Source: an uncultured Dyadobacter sp.
GTDB taxonomy: Bacteria; Bacteroidota; Bacteroidia; Cytophagales; Spirosomataceae
DNA length: 45,320 nucleotides
Assembly: GCA_966211825.1 (NCBI GenBank)
Contig: CBIHPQ010000001.1
Coordinates: 1-45,320, forward strand
Direction of reading: 5' to 3'
Shown: in pieces, positions 18,908 to 29,440 of the stretch
How positions within the stretch are numbered: position 1 is the first letter of the stretch
Layout: each line of letters opens with the position of its first letter
Position numbers and translations under genes: made by a program
The notes under the pieces: model-generated
What the model saw: the letters and a program-made list of their open reading frames with translations, nothing else
Database searches by the model: none
What the model was told of the DNA's origin: nothing

Positions 18908-20965
18908 CTATTCGTTGTCGGCGCTTTTTTCGGCTTCCGCCATTTCTTCTTCTTTGCGTTCCTTTTCGAGCGTTTGTTTCACCACTTCTTCGTGGATCGC
19001 AGCTTCCTCATTCGAGCGACGGTTGATATAAGCCTGGTAGCTCGTTTCCTTTTCGTAAGGACGTTTTCCGATCAGCTTTTCAAGGTCGGCCTGGAACAGG
19101 ATCTCTTTTTCAAGAAGCTCTTTCGCCAGTACTTCCAATGCATCACGTTTTTCAACCAAAAGGCTCTTTACAAACTGGTACGCCTGATCTACCAACTTTC
19201 TTACTTCTTCATCGATCGCCTGCGAAGTCGACTCTGAGTAAGGCTTGGTGAATGCGTAGTCAGACTGTTTCGAATCGTAGAATGAAATGTTACCGATGCG
19301 CTCATTCATACCGTACATGGTTACCATGCTGTAAGCTACTTTGGTTACCCTTTCGAGGTCACTCAATGCGCCGGTAGAGATCTTTCCGAATACTACATCT
19401 TCCGCAGCACGGCCGCCCAATGTCATACACATTTCATCAAACAGTTGCTCTGTACGGTACAGATACTGCTCACGCGGGAGATATTGTGCGTAACCCAATG
19501 CCGCCACACCACGAGGTACGATCGACACTTTAACCAATGGATCGGCGTGTTCGAGGAACCAGCCTGCTACTGCGTGACCTGCTTCGTGATAGGCTACAAT
19601 TTGCTTTTCTTCCGGCGAGATCAGTTTGTTTTTCTTTTCCAAACCACCAATTACACGGTCCATGGCATCCTGGAAATCCTGCATCGTCACTTCATCGCGG
19701 TTACGACGGGCGGCGATCAACGCGGCCTCGTTACAAACGTTTGCGATTTCGGCACCGGCAAAGCCTGGGGTCTGGGATGAAAGTTTCTGGATATTAACGT
19801 CGGTAGCCAGTTTCAATGGCTTCAAATGCACTTTGAAAATCGCCTCACGACCAATAACGTCCGGTTTGTCAACCGAAATCTGGCGGTCGAAACGTCCTGG
19901 ACGAAGCAATGCAGGGTCGAGCACGTCGGGGCGGTTGGTGGCTGCTACAATGATGATACCGGAGTCGGTTGCGAAACCGTCCATTTCCACGAGCAGGGAG
20001 TTCAATGTATTTTCACGTTCGTCGTTAGAGCCAGGCATTGCGCCACGGCCACGGGAACGTCCTACTGCATCGATCTCATCGATAAATATGATACAAGGTG
20101 CTTTTTCTTTGGCTTGTTTAAAAAGGTCACGCACACGTGCCGCACCTACACCCACGAACATTTCCACGAAATCGGAACCTGAAAGTGAGAAGAATGGAAC
20201 GCCTGCTTCACCTGCCACCGCTTTTGCGAGCAAGGTTTTACCGGTTCCCGGAGGGCCTACGAGCAATGCACCTTTCGGGATTTTAGCACCTAGTTTCTTG
20301 AATTTATCAGGGCTTTGCAGGTATTCTACAATTTCCTTAATCTCTTCCTTCGCTTCGTCGAGGCCGGCTACATCGTTGAATGTGATCTTAACCTTATTCT
20401 CTGCATCGAAAAGCGTAGCACGTGAACGGCCGATGTTGAATATCTGACCGCCCGGGCCTACACCGCCTGACATTCTGCCGAGGATGAAGTACATGACAAG
20501 GATCATAACAATGAAAAAGCCCCAGGTTCCGAGGAAACTGGTCCAGTCATTACGGGTATCTACTACGAATGGCACTTTATCATCGTCGGGAACCCCTTCC
20601 TGAATTTTATCGAGATCCTTCTTGAAGGTTTCCGCCGATGTTACCTGGAATTGGTAGTGGGATGCAGTTTCCCCGCCGAAATAGTTATTTTCCTTTGCAA
20701 CAACCCTGTATTTGTCAAGTTTGAGTGCCTCGGGTTTAAGTGTAACCTCAACAGATTTGTCATTCACAATAGTTACACGCTCCACTTCCTTGTCAGCCAT
20801 CATCTTTTCGAAACGTTTCTGAGTGGTTTCGCGGATTGTTGATGTTCTGTTGAGGTATGTGATTCCGAGTATAGTAGCGATTAGAGCGGCTATTATCCAA
20901 CCTTGATATCCCTTTTGAGGACTTTTAGGGTTGAGTGGCCCCCTTTTGTTATCGTTTTCAGACAT
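18908..20965 (-). CDS. ftsH: ATP-dependent zinc metalloprotease FtsH
   Basis: Two TM helices, [17 protein letters not shown] ([20 protein letters not shown]), HEAGH. Confidence 0.98.
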   Translation of the reverse strand: MSENDNKRGPLNPKSPQKGYQGWIIAALIATILGITYLNRTSTIRETTQKRFEKMMADKEVERVTIVNDKSVEVTLKPEALKLDKYRVVAKENNYFGGETASHYQFQVTSAETFKKDLDKIQEGVPDDDKVPFVVDTRNDWTSFLGTWGFFIVMILVMYFILGRMSGGVGPGGQIFNIGRSRATLFDAENKVKITFNDVAGLDEAKEEIKEIVEYLQSPDKFKKLGAKIPKGALLVGPPGTGKTLLAKAVAGEAGVPFFSLSGSDFVEMFVGVGAARVRDLFKQAKEKAPCIIFIDEIDAVGRSRGRGAMPGSNDERENTLNSLLVEMDGFATDSGIIIVAATNRPDVLDPALLRPGRFDRQISVDKPDVIGREAIFKVHLKPLKLATDVNIQKLSSQTPGFAGAEIANVCNEAALIAARRNRDEVTMQDFQDAMDRVIGGLEKKNKLISPEEKQIVAYHEAGHAVAGWFLEHADPLVKVSIVPRGVAALGYAQYLPREQYLYRTEQLFDEMCMTLGGRAAEDVVFGKISTGALSDLERVTKVAYSMVTMYGMNERIGNISFYDSKQSDYAFTKPYSESTSQAIDEEVRKLVDQAYQFVKSLLVEKRDALEVLAKELLEKEILFQADLEKLIGKRPYEKETSYQAYINRRSNEEAAIHEEVVKQTLEKERKEEEMAEAEKSADNE

Positions 20966-21037
20966 TCGTTCGTTTTAATTAAGAGGAAATTTAATAAACA
21001 ACAATCCCGGCGGGGCTTATGTTCGCCCGGCGGGTCT

Positions 21038-21421
21038 TTATACCATGGAGTCTTCCAGGTATGTCACCTCTGCATCTCCCCAAAGTTCTTCCAGATCGTA
21101 ATGTTTGCGGCGTTCTTTGTTGAAAATATGTGCGACAACATCGACATAATCAATCAAAATCCATTCCCCATTCGCCTTTCCTTCTTTCTGCCAGGGCTCT
21201 GTTTTGGATATTTTGTAAACTTCATCTTCAACCGAGTTGGCTAAGGCATCAATTTGCGTGTCGGAGTTCCCAGAGCAAATCACGAAAAAGTCGGTTATTG
21301 AATTTTTTACTTTTCTGAGGTCTAATATGGCAATGTCCAAACCCTTCTTTTCTGTCATGCCCTTCACAACCAGTTCGGTGAGATCTTTTGAAGATAGTTC
21401 TTTATTTTTGCGTTCTTTCAT
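21038..21421 (-). CDS. rsfS: Ribosome silencing factor
   Basis: DFFVICSG…Q, WILIDYVDVVAHIF…RKHYDLEELW. Confidence 0.96.
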   Translation of the reverse strand: MKERKNKELSSKDLTELVVKGMTEKKGLDIAILDLRKVKNSITDFFVICSGNSDTQIDALANSVEDEVYKISKTEPWQKEGKANGEWILIDYVDVVAHIFNKERRKHYDLEELWGDAEVTYLEDSMV

Positions 21422-21465
21422 GCGTTGTTATTTCCTTTTCTAAACCCTAAAGTAAAACAAAAAAA

Positions 21466-22233
21466 TTGTACAACTCTACACAGGATACGCTAATAATTGG
21501 TAAAAAAGTTATATATCTGCCAACTTGTCATTCCACCAACGACATAGCGGCTGAAATAGTACATGCGGGGCTGTTTGAGGAAGGAACGGTTGTCATTACC
21601 GACAATCAGGTGAAAGGAAGAGGACAACGGGGGACTGTGTGGAATGCAAATGCAGGCGAAAATCTTACATTTTCAGTCGTTCTTGCACCGGTATTTCTGC
21701 CGATTCAGGAACAATTCCTGATCAGTCAGATCACTGCTCTCGCCATTCGCGGCTACCTGGGCAGCTACGTGGCCGACACGCAGGTGAAATGGCCGAATGA
21801 TATTTATATGAACAACCGCAAATCCTGCGGGGTACTGATCGAAAATTCAATCCAGGGCGCGCGCATTTCGACCTCGATCGTAGGGATCGGCGTGAATATC
21901 AATCAATCGGTATTCGGGAACGGGCATGCTACCTCGCTTTTGCGCGAAACCGGCCAGTCGTTTTCGCTGGCGGAAGAGTTTCACAAGCTCCTGAAATTCC
22001 TCGATGCCTATTATGTCAGGCTGCGTTCAGGTGCTCAAAATGATGCAATTCGCAATGAATATCTTAATCATCTGTATGGTTATCAGCAGGATGTGAAATT
22101 TCTTCACAAGGGAAATATAACAAACGGCTCGGTGACCGGCGTGACGAAGCTTGGAAAGTTGCGTGTCAGACTGGCCAACGAGCCGGAAGAAATGGAGTTT
22201 GGCTTAAAAGAAATCGAGTGGGTCAGGGACTGA
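21466..22233 (+). CDS. birA: Biotin--[acetyl-CoA-carboxylase] ligase
   Basis: STND, QVKGRGQRG, KWPND, GVLIEN, GIGVN. Confidence 0.94.
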   Translation: MYNSTQDTLIIGKKVIYLPTCHSTNDIAAEIVHAGLFEEGTVVITDNQVKGRGQRGTVWNANAGENLTFSVVLAPVFLPIQEQFLISQITALAIRGYLGSYVADTQVKWPNDIYMNNRKSCGVLIENSIQGARISTSIVGIGVNINQSVFGNGHATSLLRETGQSFSLAEEFHKLLKFLDAYYVRLRSGAQNDAIRNEYLNHLYGYQQDVKFLHKGNITNGSVTGVTKLGKLRVRLANEPEEMEFGLKEIEWVRD

Positions 22234-22563
22234 TCAGCCCCATTTACCGATCACAGCCATAACGACAGCGCATATGCCCAATCCGAGCGATTCCCGCGCC
22301 AGTTCGATATTGAGGCTTCTCATGGCAGTTTCACCAAAGAAAATACCTTCAAACTCGGGCGGCCACTGGAAGATCGCCCCGATCAGATAACCTGCCGCAA
22401 GCACGTAAAACACCCATGACGGCCAAAGCTCACGGATGCTCATAAAGCAACCGAGAGCCGCGAAGCTGTAAATTGCGATCCAAACGCCGGAATCGGGGTC
22501 GTTGAGCTGCACGTAGGCGAATATCACAAAAATGATCCCGAAAAATATCTTTAATAGTCTCAT
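22234..22563 (-). CDS. TMEM220-family membrane protein
   Basis: YVQLNDPD…W…Y and ELARESLGL motifs. Confidence 0.8.
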   Translation of the reverse strand: MRLLKIFFGIIFVIFAYVQLNDPDSGVWIAIYSFAALGCFMSIRELWPSWVFYVLAAGYLIGAIFQWPPEFEGIFFGETAMRSLNIELARESLGLGICAVVMAVIGKWG

Positions 22564-22598
22564 GATAGTGGGTTTAATTTAAGGATTTAACATATTAA

Positions 22599-23300
22599 TT
22601 ACTGACAAAATTGCGCCAGGGCGTTTGCTGCATCGCTATATCCCAGGTTCAGGGCCTGTTTCAGGCTCGTGCAGCCGAGGTCCTTTTCGCCGTCGTTCCA
22701 CTGCGAGAGGCCTAGGCCGTAGAATGCCTTACCATATTGGCCATCCAGCTTGACGGTCTGCCGGAACGCCAATGTCGCTTTTTTGTAATCCCGGGTGCGG
22801 TAATAGGTATTTCCCAGGTTGTACCAGGCCTGCTTGTTGTTGTCATCCAGCCGGGTCGCGTTTTCGAAATCCCTGATAGCGTCGGGCGTTTTGTCCATCA
22901 GCACCAGTAACTGGCCGCGGTTCAGGAAAACATCGGCGGTATCGGGCGCGAGCTCGGCCGACTTGTTATAATCTGCAAATGCGGAATCCAGTTTGTTTTC
23001 GTCCGTATAGAGCAATGCGCGGTTGAAGTAGGGGCGGTAGGAGCCGGGTTGCAGCTTGATAGCCTGACCGAAGTCGAGCAATGCATTGGGATATTCTTTC
23101 AACTCATAATAAGCCACGCCGCGGAGGTTGAATGCGTCGGCATTCGTGGTATTTTTTTCGATGGCTTTGTTGATAAACTCAATGGCTTCACGGGTGTTGC
23201 CCTGTTGCATGAGCTCTTTGCCTTTTTGGAGGAATGCGTCTGAGGATTGGGAGCAGGAGTAAAGGAAAATCAGAAAAAATAAAAAAAATAATCGAGGCAT
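22599..23300 (-). CDS. TPR lipoprotein
   Basis: Lipobox LYSC; about six TPR repeats (e.g. AFNLRG, YFNRA, AWYNLG). Confidence 0.85.
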   Translation of the reverse strand: MPRLFFLFFLIFLYSCSQSSDAFLQKGKELMQQGNTREAIEFINKAIEKNTTNADAFNLRGVAYYELKEYPNALLDFGQAIKLQPGSYRPYFNRALLYTDENKLDSAFADYNKSAELAPDTADVFLNRGQLLVLMDKTPDAIRDFENATRLDDNNKQAWYNLGNTYYRTRDYKKATLAFRQTVKLDGQYGKAFYGLGLSQWNDGEKDLGCTSLKQALNLGYSDAANALAQFCQ

Positions 23301-23381
23301 ACTGGTTCATTTCTAGTTGATTCACGCAAAAGTAAGGCGAAACGTCAAAGGAATGTTTTCTTTTTGTTAATAAAATGTCTT

Positions 23382-23389
23382 TATCTTTG
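23382..23389 (+). promoter_or_regulatory. -7 promoter element of the SRP RNA
   Basis: TATCTTTG ends 4 nt before the predicted RNA 5' end. Confidence 0.7.
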
Positions 23390-23393
23390 CAGT

Positions 23394-23484
23394 GGCAAAT
23401 CGGAACTACCAGCTCCTTTCGAATCCCCCAGGTCCTGACGGAAGCAAGGGTAGATGGTCGATGCGGTGAGATTCTCGGTTTGCC
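23394..23484 (+). ncRNA. ffs: Small bacterial SRP RNA (4.5S)
   Basis: Closing stem GGCAAATCG…CGGTTTGCC followed by a T-run; helix-8 core CAGGTCC-TGAC-GGAAGCA. Confidence 0.88.
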
Positions 23485-23584
23485 TTTTTTTATTTCTTCG
23501 CCGCTTCGATTCCCCTTTCTTTCTTTTTGCTTTTGTTCAGGGTTTCCTACTTTTGTGGAATATTCTAACCAATAAATTTTCAAT

Positions 23585-24241
23585 ATGAAATTTTTCATTG
23601 ATACTGCGAACCTGAATGAAATTCGGGAAGCGCAGGCGCTTGGTGTATTAGACGGTGTTACTACCAACCCATCTTTGATGGCGAAAGAAGGAATTACGGG
23701 TAAGGATAATATAATGCGTCACTACAAAGCTATCTGCGACATCGTGGACGGTGATGTAAGTGCGGAAGTAATCTCGGTTGATCTGGAAGGAATGATTCGC
23801 GAAGGCGAAGAGCTGGTTGAGATCGACGAGAAAATCGTGGTGAAAATCCCGATGATCAGAGAAGGTATCAAAGCGCTTAAATATTTTTCAAGCAAAGGTG
23901 TTCGTACCAACTGTACGCTCATTTTCTCTCCGGGACAAGCCCTGGTTGCAGCGAAAGCGGGCGCTACTTACGTTTCCCCGTTCGTAGGTCGCCTTGATGA
24001 TATCTCAACCGACGGTATCGCATTGATCGAGCAAATCCTGACTATTTACAGAAACTACGGATTCGATACGCAGGTACTCGCAGCCTCGGTACGTCACCCG
24101 ATGCACATTATCCAATGCGCAGAAGTAGGTGCTGATGTAATGACAGGCCCATTGAGCGCAATCGAAGCATTGCTGAAACACCCATTGACCGACATCGGTC
24201 TTGAGAAATTCCTGTCTGACTACAAGAAAGGAAATGCTTAA
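23585..24241 (+). CDS. fsa: Transaldolase / fructose-6-phosphate aldolase family
   Basis: [29 protein letters not shown]. Upstream TACTTTTG at 23548-23555. Confidence 0.95.
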   Translation: MKFFIDTANLNEIREAQALGVLDGVTTNPSLMAKEGITGKDNIMRHYKAICDIVDGDVSAEVISVDLEGMIREGEELVEIDEKIVVKIPMIREGIKALKYFSSKGVRTNCTLIFSPGQALVAAKAGATYVSPFVGRLDDISTDGIALIEQILTIYRNYGFDTQVLAASVRHPMHIIQCAEVGADVMTGPLSAIEALLKHPLTDIGLEKFLSDYKKGNA

Positions 24242-24246
24242 TTAGT

Positions 24247-24318
24247 TTGTCACACTGAGCGAAGTTGAAGGATAGGGGCGATCACCTCTTAACGCTTCGA
24301 CTTCGCTCAGCGTGACAA
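24247..24318. repeat. REP-like palindrome with 24-bp arms
   Basis: TTGTCACACTGAGCGAAGTTGAAG (24247-24270) vs CTTCGACTTCGCTCAGCGTGACAA (24295-24318): 22/24 Watson-Crick complementary. Confidence 0.8.
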
Positions 24319-24374
24319 TACCACCCACACTATTCATTCGGAGCATACCGCTCAACATTTCATTTAGCACAATT

Positions 24375-25055
24375 ATGACCACCGATTCAACGGAGCCAAT
24401 AATCAGACTGGAAAGGGCAGATATCTATCAGGGTGAGAGGCCTGTTTTGAACGACGTTCATTTTGAGATCAACAAAGGGGAGTTCGTGTACCTTATCGGC
24501 CGGACCGGTAGCGGGAAGAGCTCGCTTTTGAAAACACTATATGCCGATTTGTGGCTGCATACCGGGTCTGCCAAAGTGGCCGGTTATGAGCTCCACAACA
24601 TCAAAAGGGCTGATATCCCTTTCCTTCGCCGAAGAATCGGTATTGTATTTCAGGACTTTCAGCTGCTTTCTGACCGTTCTGTGGAAGACAACCTGGCTTT
24701 TGTGCTCCGCGCGACCGGGTGGGAAAATCAGGGCAAAATCTCCAAACGCATTGCCGAAGTATTAATGCAGGTAGGCCTCGGAACTGCCCAGAAAAGAATG
24801 CCTCACCAACTTTCCGGGGGTGAGCAGCAACGCGTGGTAATTGCCCGCGCCATGCTCAATGAACCCCAAATTCTTATCGCCGATGAACCGACAGGTAACC
24901 TCGACCCGGAAGTAGGGGACCAGATCATGCAGGTTTTTCGGACAATCAACAACGCCGGTACTGCGATATTAATGGCAACACACAACCACGACTTCCTGAA
25001 GCGCTTCCCTGCCCGCGTGATCAAATGCGAGAATGGCGGCGTGACAATGAGTTAA
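24375..25055 (+). CDS. ftsE: Cell division ATP-binding protein FtsE
   Basis: GRTGSGKS, IPFLRRRIGIVFQDF, LSGGEQQRV, ADEPTGNLDP. ATG 24375 preferred over GTG 24312, which lies inside the palindrome. Confidence 0.88.
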   Translation: MTTDSTEPIIRLERADIYQGERPVLNDVHFEINKGEFVYLIGRTGSGKSSLLKTLYADLWLHTGSAKVAGYELHNIKRADIPFLRRRIGIVFQDFQLLSDRSVEDNLAFVLRATGWENQGKISKRIAEVLMQVGLGTAQKRMPHQLSGGEQQRVVIARAMLNEPQILIADEPTGNLDPEVGDQIMQVFRTINNAGTAILMATHNHDFLKRFPARVIKCENGGVTMS

Positions 25056-25068
25056 AACCATATTATTG

Positions 25069-25115
25069 TAACGCAAAAAGGGCGCCTGAACAACTCAGGC
25101 GCCCTTTTTGCGTTA
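25069..25115. terminator. Bidirectional terminator between ftsE and porX
   Basis: TAACGCAAAAAGGGCGCCTGA…TCAGGCGCCCTTTTTGCGTTA perfect inverted repeat. Confidence 0.9.
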
Positions 25116-25124
25116 TAAGAAATC

Positions 25125-26690
25125 CTATTTCGCTTTCATATCGATCACCGGAATGATCATCTCTTCCAATGACACGCCACCATGCTGGAAGGTGTCGCGA
25201 TAGAGGTTCACGTACTGGTTATAATTATTGGGATACGCGAAGAAATAATCTTCTTTGGTAAACACGTACGAGGTCGAAACGTGTGGTTTCGGCAGGAAAA
25301 TGCGCTCCGGCTTGCGGCACACCATCAAATGGTTGTCGTCGAAGCCGAGGTTCTTACCGTGCTTGTAACGGAGGTTCGTATTCGTTTCACGGTAGCCGAT
25401 AATTTTGACCGGTTTTTGCACACGGATCATACCATGGTCGGTGGTCAGGATCAGGCGACCTTTTTTCTCGGCTACTTTACGGATAAAGTCGAGCAGCGGT
25501 GAATGCTGGAACCATGAGCGTGTGATCGAGCGGTAAGCGGCTTCGTCCGGCGCGAGTTCTTTGATCATCTGCACGTCGGTACGCGCATGGGAAAGCATAT
25601 CCACAAAGTTGTAGACAACGACATTCAACTGGTTGGTGAGCAGGTTGTTGAATGTGTCCACCAATGCTTTGCCCTGGTTGGTATTCAATATTTTGTTATA
25701 TGAAAACTTGATATTCAAGTGGTTCATTTCCAGTTGCTTTTGAAGGAAGTCCTGTTCGTGATTGTTCAGTCCTTCTTCGCCTTCCGGGGTGTTTTCATCA
25801 CTTACCCACCATTGCGGGTGCTTACGTTCCATTTCGCTTGGCATCAGCCCTGAGAAGATCGCATTACGCGCATAACCGGTTGTGGTAGGCAGGATGGAGT
25901 AGTACGATGATTCTTCCTCGATATTGAAATACTCCTGCAAGATCGGCTGGATCATTTTCCATTGATCATAGCGGAAGTTGTCAATCAGAAGGAAAAATAA
26001 CGGTTCGCTCGATCCTTTCAGATGCGGGAATACCTTCTGTTTCATCAACTGGTGCGAGAGTACAGGCTTGTCGGAACGCGGGTCGTTCAGCCACTCTTCG
26101 TACTCATCCTCAATGAATTTGCAGAAATTGGCATTGGCTTCGCTTTTCTGCATGCTGAAAACTTCGGCCATTCCCTGGTCGTCGGAGCTTTCGAGTTCGA
26201 GCTCCCAGTAAATGAGCTTTTTGTAAATATCCGCCCATTCCTCGTGGCCGATCCGGTCCTGGTATTGCATGGCCAGGCTTCGGAATTCCTGCTGGTAGCT
26301 GAGGGTGGTTTTTTCGGTAACCAGACGTTTGTTGTCCAATATCTTCTTAACCGAAAGTAGTATCTGGTTGGGATTCAGTGGTTTGATAAGATAATCATCA
26401 ATCTTGGAACCGATGGCATCTTCCATAATGTGCTCCTCCTCGCTTTTGGTGATCATCACTACCGGCAGGTTAGGCTGCTGCTGCTTGATCTGTGCGAGCG
26501 TTTCGAGGCCGGTCATACCTGGCATCATTTCATCGAGAAAAACAATGTCAAACCGGTCATTCTCAATACGATCCAATGCGTCCGCACCGCTGTTGACGGG
26601 CGTTACATTGTAACCCTTATTGGTCAGGAACATGATGTGCGGTTTGAGAAGATCTATTTCGTCATCGGCCCATAGGATGTTATATTGCAT
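25125..26690 (-). CDS. porX: T9SS response regulator PorX (receiver + PglZ domain)
   Basis: ILWADDEIDLLKPH receiver domain; LPTTTGYARN, DMLSH, TTDHG, FQHGGVSLEEM. Confidence 0.93.
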   Translation of the reverse strand: MQYNILWADDEIDLLKPHIMFLTNKGYNVTPVNSGADALDRIENDRFDIVFLDEMMPGMTGLETLAQIKQQQPNLPVVMITKSEEEHIMEDAIGSKIDDYLIKPLNPNQILLSVKKILDNKRLVTEKTTLSYQQEFRSLAMQYQDRIGHEEWADIYKKLIYWELELESSDDQGMAEVFSMQKSEANANFCKFIEDEYEEWLNDPRSDKPVLSHQLMKQKVFPHLKGSSEPLFFLLIDNFRYDQWKMIQPILQEYFNIEEESSYYSILPTTTGYARNAIFSGLMPSEMERKHPQWWVSDENTPEGEEGLNNHEQDFLQKQLEMNHLNIKFSYNKILNTNQGKALVDTFNNLLTNQLNVVVYNFVDMLSHARTDVQMIKELAPDEAAYRSITRSWFQHSPLLDFIRKVAEKKGRLILTTDHGMIRVQKPVKIIGYRETNTNLRYKHGKNLGFDDNHLMVCRKPERIFLPKPHVSTSYVFTKEDYFFAYPNNYNQYVNLYRDTFQHGGVSLEEMIIPVIDMKAK

Positions 26691-26853
26691 AAGGCTTATT
26701 TTTCAAGTGGTAATTAGTTTAAAACAATAAAAGGGTAACGTGCCGGAAGAAGCGGGTCGTATACGTAGAACGGTTTTAACGTTTTTTAAGAAATATACGG
26801 CTTATCCTTATACGTTAACCTGGCTCGTAAAAAATGCATTCCACAAAGGCCTG

Positions 26854-27597
26854 TCAATGCAAAAATTTTCTCGTAACCCTGTCCAGGTCATCGGGCGTAT
26901 CGACCCCGTGAGAGTCATCGGCCGTGATCACGGCGCGGATCGCGTATCCGTTTTCCAGCCATCGGAGTTGTTCCAGTGCTTCGGCTTTTTCCAGGGACGA
27001 AACGGGAAGTTTGGTAATTTCGGCCAGCACATCAGCGCGGTAGGCGTAAATGCCGATATGCTTGTAGAACACATGCGATTTCAGAAACTCGTCCTGGCTT
27101 TGTGCATTGCGCAGATAGGGGATCGTCTGCCGGCTGAAATACATGACCTCCCCCCGCTTGTTGAGAACAGCCTTTGGCACATTTACATTAAAGAGAATTT
27201 CGTCGTTGTCGATTATCTTTACCAATGTAGCCAGCTCAGTTTCGCCATCGAGAACGGAAGCAAGATGATCGATCGGCTCGGGGCTGATGAACGGCTCGTC
27301 GCCCTGGATATTGATGACGTAATCGTAGCTTTCTTCCGTTCCGGTAAGCGCTTCGTAGCAACGGTCGGTGCCGCTCTGGTGATCCTGGGAAGTCATAACT
27401 GCCTTACCACCAAATTCCTGAACATGGTTCAATATTCTTTCGTCGTCAGTCGCTACGATTACCTGATCGAGTTGAGTAGCTTTGGACGCCTGTTCGTAAA
27501 CCCGCTGGATCATGCTTTTTCCACCGATATCCACTAATGCCTTGGCAGGAAAGCGGGTGGAAGCATAACGGGCCGGTATAATTCCTAAAATGCGCAC
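26854..27597 (-). CDS. kdsB: 3-deoxy-manno-octulosonate cytidylyltransferase
   Basis: IPARYASTRFPAK, SGTDR, NIQGDEP, EALEQLR. Confidence 0.97.
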   Translation of the reverse strand: MRILGIIPARYASTRFPAKALVDIGGKSMIQRVYEQASKATQLDQVIVATDDERILNHVQEFGGKAVMTSQDHQSGTDRCYEALTGTEESYDYVINIQGDEPFISPEPIDHLASVLDGETELATLVKIIDNDEILFNVNVPKAVLNKRGEVMYFSRQTIPYLRNAQSQDEFLKSHVFYKHIGIYAYRADVLAEITKLPVSSLEKAEALEQLRWLENGYAIRAVITADDSHGVDTPDDLDRVTRKFLH

Positions 27598-27641
27598 GAG
27601 GTCGTTGTCAGTTAATTTGAATTCAAAATAAAGCTAAAAAA

Positions 27642-28430
27642 TTGCAAAATCTGTTTTCGTTCCGCTTTTCGGAGAATATCTGGCGTGTAATACCCAACGC
27701 TGACCCGGAAAGTACGCTGTGGGTCATCGAGTTACGGAATGCCGAAAGCCGCGAAGTCTCTTTTGCAGTCATCGATACGGATAAGCTGGAAGTAAAATGG
27801 CAGCGGCAGATCGAGGCGACGGACTGGTGGACTTCGCTGACGGCCTTTTCGCACAACCGCATTTATCTGCACAATTACCGCTATCCGGAAGTCCCTGAGC
27901 CGACCGACCTGCTTGCGGTAAATGCCGGGTCAGGGTTGCTGTCGTGGATTTTACCGGATCATGTGCTGGTCAGCATCGTCGATGCCGAATCGCTCGAAGT
28001 GGCGACCAGGCGGGGCGATCATTTCGAGTATATGCAATGTGATGCAATGACCGGCGGATTGTTGCCGTTAAATGGCGGGAAACGTGCTGCGACCGGGGAA
28101 GTAATTTTAAAGGAACCCGTTCGTTACATCGAAGGGAATCGGTATTTCGGGAAACTTGCACATTTTATAAAACAAACCACCGGCAGCCATATCCCGGTAG
28201 CCATTGATTATTTGGAGAAGAGACCCTATATAATCTTTTCTTATTATATTTACGAGCAAGATAAAACAGTGCAATACCTCCTCATAGTAACCGATCAGAA
28301 GCAACAGGTTTTACACGAGAAACTATCGGAAGAGCGGGAAGGAACAGGCCGCTCGACGATGATGCTGAAAGCGTCCACACTGGTTTATCTGAAAAATAGC
28401 AACGAGTTTTCGAGTTTAACGCTTTCATAA
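27642..28430 (+). CDS. Conserved Bacteroidota protein (DUF4905-like)
   Basis: Full-length ORF with DWW…P motifs, co-oriented with the LysM gene. Family call from recollection. Confidence 0.6.
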   Translation: MQNLFSFRFSENIWRVIPNADPESTLWVIELRNAESREVSFAVIDTDKLEVKWQRQIEATDWWTSLTAFSHNRIYLHNYRYPEVPEPTDLLAVNAGSGLLSWILPDHVLVSIVDAESLEVATRRGDHFEYMQCDAMTGGLLPLNGGKRAATGEVILKEPVRYIEGNRYFGKLAHFIKQTTGSHIPVAIDYLEKRPYIIFSYYIYEQDKTVQYLLIVTDQKQQVLHEKLSEEREGTGRSTMMLKASTLVYLKNSNEFSSLTLS

Positions 28431-28433
28431 TAA

Positions 28434-29423
28434 ATGAAATACATTTTTTGCCTGGCCCTTTTGGCAGGATTGGTGACAGGTTTGACGAGCGCCCGGGCCA
28501 AGGGATTGAATGCTGTCGACTCCGTCGGGGTCGAAAAGGTAGGAGGGAAGATCTTCGTTTTACATAGGGTTAACCAGGGGCAGACGATGTTTGCCGTCGT
28601 GCGCCAGTACGGAACGACGATCCACGCCTTGCGCGAAGCTAACCCCGGCATGAGCGATCAGATCCAGTCGGGACAGACGATACGCGTGCCTTACACGCCT
28701 AAGGTTTCCAAAAAAGACGCTAAAAAGGAAGAGAAGAAAGAGGAAAAGAAAGAATTGGTAAAGGCGGAGGTGAAGGAAACGAAGCCTGTTGTGGATACGC
28801 CTGCGGTGGCCACTAGCACTTCCGCGCCATCCGGACCTCCTGCTCCACTGCCCTCGAACGGCATCCACAAAGTAGAACCCGGACAGACATTGTACCGCGT
28901 TGCAGTCAAATACGGCGTATTGATGGCTGATCTCCGGAAATGGAACAACCTTACAGACGATAATCTCAAAGACGGCCAGGAGCTGATCGTGAGCGAAAAA
29001 GGGGTAGAAAAAGCTGCTGCGCCAGTAGCAGCACCGCCTGCACCGAAAGTTGCTACCACGGTGGTAAAAGACTCCGTAAAAGCAAAAACCGCCGTTCCCG
29101 AGAAAGTAGTGAAGCCGGTAGAAGAAGTTGCGCCGCCCAAAGTGGTTAAAAGTAAACGTAAATCCGAGTCGGGGCTGGCAGAAGTGATTGAAACCGATGA
29201 AAGTACCAGCAAATTCCTGGGGCTGCACCGCACTGCGCCTATCGGTTCACTGGTGGAGGTTTTGAATGAGTATAACCAGGAAAAAATCATCGTCCGCATT
29301 ATCGGCCGTATTCCCGATACCAGCGTAAACGACGACATTGTGATCAAGCTGTCGTCGCGCGCATTTGAAAAAGTTTCCCCTAACAGTAAACGATTCAGGG
29401 CCGTAGTGAGTTATCTTGAATAA
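28434..29423 (+). CDS. Secreted protein with two LysM domains and an RlpA-like C-terminus
   Basis: Signal peptide; HRVNQGQTMF…, HKVEPGQTLY…WNNL; C-terminal LHRTAPIGS…IKLS. Confidence 0.85.
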   Translation: MKYIFCLALLAGLVTGLTSARAKGLNAVDSVGVEKVGGKIFVLHRVNQGQTMFAVVRQYGTTIHALREANPGMSDQIQSGQTIRVPYTPKVSKKDAKKEEKKEEKKELVKAEVKETKPVVDTPAVATSTSAPSGPPAPLPSNGIHKVEPGQTLYRVAVKYGVLMADLRKWNNLTDDNLKDGQELIVSEKGVEKAAAPVAAPPAPKVATTVVKDSVKAKTAVPEKVVKPVEEVAPPKVVKSKRKSESGLAEVIETDESTSKFLGLHRTAPIGSLVEVLNEYNQEKIIVRIIGRIPDTSVNDDIVIKLSSRAFEKVSPNSKRFRAVVSYLE

Positions 29424-29440
29424 CTACGGTCAAAGATATT

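Noticed and set aside
21005..21035. CCCGGCGGG duplicated between rsfS and ftsH
   Set aside because: A short imperfect hairpin or direct repeat without a U-tract; no function can be supported.
23188..23667. ORFs 23188-23667(-) and 23375-23575(+)
   Set aside because: They overlap the SRP RNA and promoters; shadow ORFs.
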